A stretch of 64,000 bases of DNA from the human T2T-CHM13v2.0 reference genome, Homo sapiens. Positions 54,200 through 64,000 of the stretch are shown here, piece after piece; the stretch's first letter is position 1; every line of letters begins with the position of its first letter. The notes below the pieces were generated by a model, which had not been told where the DNA came from, did not search any database, and saw nothing but the letters and a program-made list of their open reading frames with translations. The stretch lies in assembly GCF_009914755.1 (NCBI RefSeq), contig NC_060947.1. One strand, written 5' to 3'. Made by a program: the position numbers and the translations under genes.

Positions 54200-57100
54200 G
54201 CCTGTGTTCTCAAAAACTTAAAACCTCTTCAACTCACACCTGACCTAAAACCTAAATGCCTTATTTTCTTCTGCAATGCCGCTTGACCCCAATACAAACT
54301 CGACAGTAGTTCCAAATAGCCAGAAAATGGCACTTTGAATTTTTCCATCCTGCAAGATCTAAATAATTCTTGTCGTAAAATAGGCAAACGGTCTGAGGTG
54401 CCTGATGTCCAGGCATTCTTTTACACATCAGTCCCTTCCTAGTCTCTGTGCCCAGTGCAACTCGTCCCAAATCTTCCTTCTTTCCCTCCCGCCTCTCCCC
54501 TCAGTACCAACCCCAAGCGTCGCTGAGTCTTTCTAATCTTCCTTTTCTACAGACCCATCTGACCTCTGCCTTCCTCCCCAGGCTTCTCCTCTCCAGGCCG
54601 AGCTAGGTCCCAATTCTTCCTCAGCCTCTGCTCCTCCACCCTATAATCTTTTTATCACCTCCCCTCCTCACACCTTGCCGGCTTACAGTTTCGTTCCCTG
54701 ACTAGCCCTCCCCAACCTGCCCAGCAATTGACTCTTAAAAAGGTGGCTGGAGCCAAAGGCATAGTCAAGGTTAATGCTCCTTTTTCTTTATCCCAAATCA
54801 GAAGCATTTAGGCTCTTTTTTATCAAATATAAAAACCCAGCCCAGTTCATGGCTCGTTCGGCAGCAACCCTGAGACACTTTACAGCCCTAGACCCTAAAA
54901 GGTCAAAAGGCCATCTTATTCTCAATATACACTTTATTACCCGATCTGCTCCCGACATTAAATAAAACTCCAAAAATTGGAATCTGGCCCTCAAACCCCA
55001 CAACAGGATTTAATTAACCTCACCTTCAAGGTGTACAATAACAGAAAAAAGTTGCAATTCCTTGCCTCCACTGTGAGACAAACCCCAGCCACGTCTCCAG
55101 CACACAAGAACTTCCAAACGCCTGAACCGCAGCAGCCAGGCCTTCCTCCAGAACCTCCTCCCTCAGGAGCTTGCTACACGTGCCGGAAATCTGGCCACTG
55201 GGCCAAGGAATGCCCACAGCCCGGGATTCCTCCTAAGCCGCGTCCCATCTGTGTGGGACCCCAGTGAAAATCGGACTGTTCAACTCACCTGGCAGCCACT
55301 CCCAGAGCTCCTGGAACTCTGGCCCAGGGCTCTCTGACTGACTCCTTCCCAGATCTTCTCGGCTTAGCGGCTGAAGACTGATGCTGCCTGATCGCCTTGG
55401 AAGCCCCTAGACCATCACAGACTCCGAGTTTCCGGTAACTCTCACAGTGGAAGGTAAGCCCGTCCCCTTCTTAATCAATACGGAGGCTACCCACTCCACA
55501 TTACCTTCTTTTCAAGGGCCTGTTTCCCTTGCCTCTATAACTGTTGTGGGTATTGACGGCCAGCCTTCTAAACCTCTTAAAACTCCCCAACTCTGGTGCC
55601 AACTTAGACAATACTCTTTTAAGCACTCCTTTTTAGTTATCCCCACCTGCCCAGTTCCCTTATTAGGCTGAGACACTTTAACTAAATCATCTGCTTTCCT
55701 GACTATTCCTGGACTACAGCTATATCTCATTGCTGCCCTTCTTCCCAATCCAAAGCCTCCTTTGCATCCTCCTCTTGTATCCCCCCACCTTAACCCACAA
55801 GTATAAGATACCTCTACTCCCTCCTTGGCGACCGATCATGCACCCCTTACCATCTCATTAAAACCTAATCACCCTTACCCCACTCAGTGCCAATATCCCA
55901 TCCCGCAGCACGCTTTAAAAAGATTAAAGCCTGTTATCACTTGCCTGCTACAGCATGGCCTTTTAAAGCCTATAAACTCTCCTTACAATTCCCCCATTTT
56001 ACCTGTCCTAAAACCAGACAAGCCTTACAAGTTAGTTCAGGATCTGCGCCTTATCAACCAAATTGTTTTGCCTATCCACCCCGTGCTGCCAAACCCATAT
56101 ACTCTCCTATCCTCAATACCTGCCTCTATAACCCATTATTCTGTTCTAGATCTCAAACATGCTTTCTTTACTATTCCTTTGCACCCTTAATCCCAGCCTC
56201 TCTTCACTTTCAGTTGGACTGACCCTGACACCCATCAAGCTCAGCAAATTACCTAGGCTGTACTGCTGCAAAGCTTCACAGACAGCCCCCATTACTTCAA
56301 TCAAGCCCAAATTTCTTCCTCATCTGTTACCTATCTTGGCATAATTCTCATAAAAACACACGTGCTCTCCCTGTCAATCATGTCCGACTGATCTCTCAAA
56401 CCCCAGCACCTTCTACAAAACAACAACTCCTTTCCTTCCTAGGCATGGTTATTGTGGTCAGAATTCTTACACAAGAGCCAGGACCACACCCTGTAGCCTT
56501 TCTGTCCAAACAACTTGACCTTACTGTTTTAGCCTAGCCCTCATGTCTGCGTGCAGCGGCTGCCACTGCATTAATACCTTTAGAGGCCCTCAAAATCACA
56601 AACTATGCTCAACTCACTCTCTACAGTTCTCATAACTTCCAAAATCTATTTTCTTCCTCATACCTGACGCATATACTTTCTGCTTCCTGGCTCCTTCAGC
56701 TATACTCACTCTTCGTTGAGTCTCCCACAATTACCGTTGTTCCTGGCCCAGACTTCAATCCGGCCTCCCACATTATTCCTGATACCACACCTGACCCCCA
56801 TGACTGTATCTCTCTGATCCACCTGACATTCACCCCATTTCCCCAAATTTCCTTCTTTCCTGTTCCTCACCCTGATCACGCTTGATTTATTGATGGCGGT
56901 TCCACCAGGCCTAATCACCACACACCAACAAAGGCAGGTTATGCTGTAGTACAAGCCACTAGCCCGCCTCTTAGAACCTCTCATTTCCTTTCCATCATGG
57001 AAATCTATCCTCAAGGAAATAACTTCTCAGTGTTCCATCTGCTATTCTACTACTCCTCAGGGATTATTCAGGCCCCCTCCCTTCCCTACACATCAAGCTC

Positions 57101-57700
57101 CAGGATTTGCCCCACCCAGGACTGGCAAATTAGCTTTACTCAACATGCCCTGAGTCAGATAACTAAAATACCTCTTAGTCTAGGTAGATACTTTCACTGG
57201 ATAGGTAGAGGCCTTTCCTACAGGGTCTGAGAAGGCCACCACAGTCATTTCTTCCCTTCTGTCAGACATAATTCCTCAGTTTAGCCTTCCCACCTCAATA
57301 CAGTCTGATAACAGACGAGCCTTTATTAGTCAAATCAGCCAAGCAGTTTTTCAGGCTCTTAGTATTCAGGGAAACCTTTATATCCCTTACGGTCCTCCAT
57401 CTTCAAGAAAAGTAGAATGGACTAAAGGTCTCTTAAAAACACACCTCACCAAGCTCAGCCACCAACTTAAAAGGACTGGACAATACTTTTACCACTTTCC
57501 CTTCTCAGAATTCAGGCCTGTCCTCGGAATGCTACAGGGTACAGCCCATTTAAGCTCCTGTATAGACGCTCCTTTTTATTAGGCCCCAGTCTCATTCCAG
57601 ACACCAGACCAACTTAGACTGTGTCCCCAAAAAAACTTGTCATCCCTACTATCTTCTGTCTAGTCATACTCCTATTCACCGTTCTCAACTACTCATACAT
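54200..57700 (+). pseudogene. Disrupted HERV-H gag-pro-pol remnants
   Basis: Fragmentary ORFs 54977-55267 (NC knuckle), 55447-55671 (protease), 55825-56190 (RT); many stops and deletions. Confidence 0.85.
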
Positions 57701-58207
57701 GCCCTGCTCTTGTTTACACTGCCGGTTTACACTGTTTTTCCAAAACATCACAGCTGATATCTCCTGGTGCTATCCCCAGACTGCCGCTCTTAACTCTTGA
57801 AGTAAATAAATAATCTTTGCTGGCAGGACTATGCTGAATCTGCTTAAGCACTCTCTAATCAGATATCCTGAGTCGTCCCAATTCTTAGACATTTTATACC
57901 TGTTTTTCTCCTTTTGTTATTCCATTTAGTTTTTCAATTCATACAAAACTGTATCCAGGCCATCACCAATCATTCTATATGACAAATGTTTCTTCTAACA
58001 TCCCCACAATATCACCCCTTACCACAAGACCTCCCTTCAGCTTAATCTCTCCCACTCTAGGTTCCCACACTGCCCCTAATCCCGCTTGAAGCAGCCCTGA
58101 GAAACATCGCCCATTCTCTCTCCATACCACCCCCCAAAAATTTTCGCCGCCCCAACACTTCAACACTGTTTTGTTTTATTTTTCTTATTAATATAAGAAG
58201 GCAGGAA

Positions 58208-58660
58208 TGTCAGGCCTCTGAGCCCAAGCCAAGCCATCGCATCCCCTGTGACTTGCACGTATATGCCCAGATGGCCTGAAGTAACTGAAGAATCACAAAA
58301 GAAGTGAATATGCCGTGCCCCACCTTAACTGATGACATTCCACCACAAAAGAAGTGTAAATGGCCAGTCCGTGCCTTAAGTGATGACATTACCTTGTGAA
58401 AGTCCTTTTCCTGGCTCATCCTGGCTCAAAAAGCACCCCCACTGAGCACCTTGCGACCCCCACTCCTGCCCGCCAGAGAACAAACCCCCTTTGACTGTAA
58501 TTTTCCTTTACCTACCCAAATCCTATAAAACGGCCCCACCCTTATCTCCCTTCGCTGACTCTCTTTTCGGACTCAGCCCGCCTGCACCAAGGTGAAATAA
58601 ACAGCCATGTTGCTCAAACAAAGCCTGTTTGGTGGTCTCTTCACATGGACGTGCATGAAA
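58208..58660 (+). promoter_or_regulatory. HERV-H 3' LTR7
   Basis: About 96% identical to the 5' LTR by manual count (about 17 substitutions plus 1 indel); TATAAAA 58524-58530; AATAAA 58596-58601. Confidence 0.92.
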
Positions 58661-59464
58661 GTCACCACATAGGGGAAAGGTGGAAAGTGGAAGTGAGCTC
58701 ATGAGACGAGAGAGAAAATCTGGCTGAACTCATCTTTTTTTATTAGGAACTCACTCCCACAGTAATTAACTGACTCCCAAGATAAAGACATTTATCCATT
58801 CCCCTCATGGCCTAATCATCCCTTAAAAGCATCACTTCTTAATATTGTTACAATAGCAATTCAGCTTCCAACACATGAATTCTAGGGAACATATTCACAA
58901 TATAGTAGAACCAGTCACGTGACAACCATCAATAACTGGAAAGAAGCAAGATAGAATGGTCTTCTTATTAGTTTGGGAAACAAATGAGAACTAGGTATGA
59001 GTAAGCACTAGGGCTTTCTACAGTTCTCCAGTGGTCTGTAAGTCAACATATTTTAAATTGTTATTATGTGTCAACATTGAAGCCCACATACAAAAATAAA
59101 TCAATGTAATACACTATATTACATAAACAGATAAAACACATAATGATTTCAGTAGATTCAGAGAAAGAATTTGACAGAATTCAACATAGTTTTATATGAT
59201 TAAAAGCACTGGATGAAACAGAAACAGAAGGCCTATGTAAGCCAATTTAAATTTTATTGGATATCATCCCTAATGATGAATGAAACATAACATTTCATAT
59301 CACACAGTTGCGTAATAATAGAGGTAAAAAAGTACTGGCAGGACAAAAAGATTTTAATCAAGAGATTTTGAGAGATGCTTCAGTGATGAAATGAAACAAA
59401 TTTAAAAAGAGAACAACTTTGGTATATAATTAGAAGTCAGAAATCTAAATATCAGATTTAATAC

Positions 59465-59831
59465 TGTCAGGCCTCTGAGCCCAAGCCTGCAGGTATACAT
59501 CCAGATGGCCCTAAGCAAGTGAAGAATCACAAAAGAAGTGAAAATGGCCAGTTCCTGCCTTAACTGATGACATTATCTTGTGAAATTCCTTCTCCTGGCT
59601 CAGAAGCTCCCCCGCTGAGCACCTTGTAACCCCCACCCCTGCCAGCAAGAGAACAAACCCCTTTGACTGTAATTTTCCACTACCCACCCAAATCCTATAA
59701 AACGGCCCCACCCCTATCTCCCTTCGCTGACTCTCTTTTCGGACTCAGCCTGCCTGCAGCCAGGTGATTAAAAAGCTTTATTGCTCACAGAAAGCCTGTT
59801 TCGTGGTCTTTTCACACGGACGCGCATGAAA
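59465..59831 (+). mobile_element. LTR7-family solo LTR (shorter subtype)
   Basis: TGTCAGGCCTCTGAG...CATGAAA; TSD AATAC at 59460-59464 and 59832-59836. Confidence 0.93.
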
Positions 59832-59971
59832 AATACTGTAAGTTTATTATCTAGGCATGTTTGAATCTCTGGAATGTTGGGTAAAAAGTGTTCACTAAAA
59901 TGAGCCCCTTTCAAAGTCACACGCATTAAATGAGACAATGTAAGGATATTCAGTGTTAGAAAAGCAGCACT

Positions 59972-60801
<830 letters not shown>

Positions 60802-61185
60802 GGTAGGTTTTAGAAGTAATTTTTTAAAAATTATCCTTTACCCCTTCTTTACTGCATGATAAGATGATCCCAGAAGAATCCACTGTTACGGTTCTCCTGT
60901 ACTGTTAAAAAAAAAAAGTCATTTTTTGAATATGGAGTCATTTTCCCACTGCTTATTTTTGCCAGCCTTGTCAAAGATCAGATGGTTGTAGGTGTGGCAG
61001 CATTATTTCTAGATTTTCTACTCTGTTTCATTATTCTGTGTGTTTGTTTTGCACAAGTGCAATGCTGTTTTGGTTACTGTAGTCTTATAGTTTGAAGTTA
61101 GGTAGTGTGATATCTCCAGCCTTATTCTTTTTGCTTAGGATTGCTTTAGCTATTCAGGCTGTTTTTGGTCTCAAATGAATTTTAG

Positions 61186-61667
<482 letters not shown>

Positions 61668-62270
61668 GTTGTCTGATTTTTTTCAGCAGTGTTTTGTAGT
61701 TCTTTTTGTAGAGATCTTTCATCTCCTTGGTTAGCTGTATGACTAGTTATTTCATATTCTTCGTGGCTATTGTAAGTGGGATTGTGTTTTTAATTTTTCT
61801 CTCACCCTGGACATTGTTCATATATAGAAATGCTACTGATTTTTGTACATTGATTTTGTATCCAAAAATTTTATGAAAGTAGTTTATCAGTTCTAGGAGG
61901 CTTTTAGCAGAGTCTTTCTGATTTTCTAGGTATAAAATCATATTATCAGTGAAGAGAGATAGTTTGGCTTCTTCTTTTTCTGTTTGTCTGGCTTTTATTT
62001 CTTTCTGTTGCCCAAATGCTCTGGCTAGGACTTTCAGTATTATGTTGAATAGGAGTGGTGAAAGTGGGCATCCTTGTCTTGTTCAAGTTCTCAAAGGGAA
62101 TAGTTCCAGCTTTTGCCCATTCATTATGATGTTGGCTGGGGGTTTGTCACAGATGGCTATTATTATTTTGAGGTATGTTCCTTCTGTGCCTAGTCTGTTG
62201 AGGATTTTTATAGTGATGGTGCTGGAATAACTGGCTAGCCATATGTAGAAGATTGAAGCTGGACCCCTAC

Positions 62271-62710
62271 TGTCAGCCCTCTGAGACAAGCTAAGCCATC
62301 ATAACCCCTATGACCTGCATGTATACATCCAGATGGCCTGGAGCAACTGAAGAACCACAAAAGATGACATTCCACCATTGTGATTTGTTCCCGCCCCACC
62401 CCAACTAATCAATCGACCTTGTGATGTTCCTCCCCTGGACCATGAGTCTCATGATCTCCCCACCCTGCGCCTTGTGACTCCCGCCCCTGCCCACAAGAGA
62501 ACAACCCCCGTTAACTGTAATTTTCCACTACCTACCCAAATCCTATAAAACTGCCTCACTCCTATCTCCCTTTGCTGACTCTCTTTTCAGACTCAGCCCA
62601 CTTGTACCCAAGTGAAATAAACAGCCTTGTTGCTCACACAAAGCAACAAGTCTCTTCACACAAAGCAACAAGTCTCTTCACATGGTCTCTTCACATGGAC
62701 ACACGTGACA
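62271..62710 (+). mobile_element. LTR7-family solo LTR (older, LTR7C-like)
   Basis: TGTCAGCCCTCTGAG...GTGACA; TSD CCTAC at 62266-62270 and 62711-62715; inserted into L1 ORF2. Confidence 0.9.
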
Positions 62711-64000
62711 CCTACGTGTCATCATATACAAAAATTAACTCACAATGGATTATACATTTAAAAGTAAGACCTCAAACTACAAAAAATCTAGAAGACACAA
62801 CATGGAAATTACTCTTCTCAACATTGGCCTTGGCAAATAATTGTTGGCAAAATCTCCAAAAAATATTGCAACACAAAGCAACTTAGACAAGTGTGAACTA
62901 AATAAACTAAAAAGCTTCTGCACAGGAAAATAAACTATCAACATAGTAAACAGACAACCTACAGAATGGGAGAAAATACAAACTATGCATCTGACTAAGG
63001 CCTAATATCCAGAAACTATGGGGAACTTAAACAAATCAACATGCAAAAAACAAATAACCCCTTTAAAAAATGAGCAAAGGACATATCCATGAACAGACAC
63101 TTCTCAAAAGAAGACGTATAAGTGGCCACCATACATATGCAAATCAAAACCACCATGAGATACCATGTCACACCAGTCAGAATGGCTATTACTAAAAAGT
63201 CAAAAAAACAACAGATGCTGGTGAGGCTGCAGAGGAAAGGGAACACTTATGCACTGCTGGTGGGAATATAAATTAGTTCAGCCACTGTGGAAAGCAGTCT
63301 GAAAATTTCTCAAAGAACTTAAAACAGAGCTATCATTTGACCTAGCAATCCCATTACTGGGCATACGCCTAAAGTAAAACAAATCATTCTACCAAAAAGA
63401 CACACACTCATTTTGTTCATCACTATGGTATTCACAATAGCAAAGACCTGAAATCAATACAGGTGCCCAACAATAGAAGATTAGATGAAGAAAATGTGGC
63501 ATATATATACCATGGAATACTATGCAGATGTAAAAAAGAATAGATTCATGTCCTTTGCAGCAACATGGATGCAGTTGGAGGCCGTAATTCTAAGCTAATT
63601 ACTGCAGAAACAGAAAACTAAATGCCACATGTTCTCACTTATAACTGGGAGCTAAACATTGAGCACACATGGACATAAACATGGGAACAATAGATACTGC
63701 AGACTACTAGAGGAAAAAGGAAGGAGCATAGGTTGAAAAGCTACCTATTGGGTACTGTGTTTACTACCTGGGTGACAGAGTCCCAACTCAGCATCACAGT
63801 TTTCCCATGTAACAAACCAATATATGTACTTCTGTATCTAAAATAAAAGTTGAAATTTAAAAAGGAAGTCATTTTTTTCTAGGATGATGTGATTTTATGG
63901 CTTACTATTCAAGGGTAGAAGATGGACATGACTTAGAGAAAATAAGAAAAAATATTCCATCCTTCTTCTAGTCACCAGGAATACTACTATAAAAACAAAG

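Larger units (their letters stand above)
52695..58660 (+). mobile_element. HERV-H provirus, common deleted form of about 6 kb, with two LTR7
   Basis: 5' LTR 52695-53146 and 3' LTR 58208-58660; TSD GTCAC at 52690-52694 and 58661-58665; PBS-His; gag zinc knuckle CYTCRKSGHWAKEC; pro/RT remnants (SPYNSPILPVLKP, VLDLKHAFF); polypurine tract 58195-58207; env largely missing. Confidence 0.97.

Noticed and set aside
54200-58200. Replication-competent or env-coding HERV-H
   Set aside because: gag, pro and pol have stops and deletions, the protease active site reads NTE, and env is mostly absent.
62572-62886. ORF beginning LTLFSDSAHLYPSEINSLVAHTK (similar to the ESRG N-terminus)
   Set aside because: Generic translation of the LTR7 R region from a non-ATG start, running into L1 sequence.

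Overview
Primate, very probably human or great-ape, genomic DNA. It contains the 3' half of the X-linked BTB-Kelch gene KLHL4 on the + strand. Four internal kelch exons (3230-3454, 4769-4931, 6583-6795, 35778-35949) splice in frame to a terminal exon (CDS 37489-37548, ending ...VVVVKLP*). There is also an alternative downstream terminal exon (40344-40409) and two poly(A) signals. The rest is mostly transposable elements: a sense-strand L1PB nested inside another L1PB in the 29-kb intron, a complete THE1 element, many Alus, and MaLR/ERV1/ERVL LTRs. Downstream of the gene lie a two-LTR HERV-H provirus (52695-58660; tRNA-His PBS; GTCAC target-site duplication) and two further LTR7-family solo LTRs. 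I see no new multi-gene biological system. The signals most worth following up are: asymmetry between the two HERV-H LTRs (TATA lost and poly(A) signal locked in a palindrome only in the 5' LTR); an open 328-codon ESRG-like leader ORF; an apparent gene-conversion tract between the nested L1s; a 210-bp foreign insert in a THE1 LTR; and several retrotransposition scars (twin priming, a micro 3' transduction, a reused target site). Repeat subfamily names come from my memory of consensus sequences and need RepeatMasker/Dfam confirmation.
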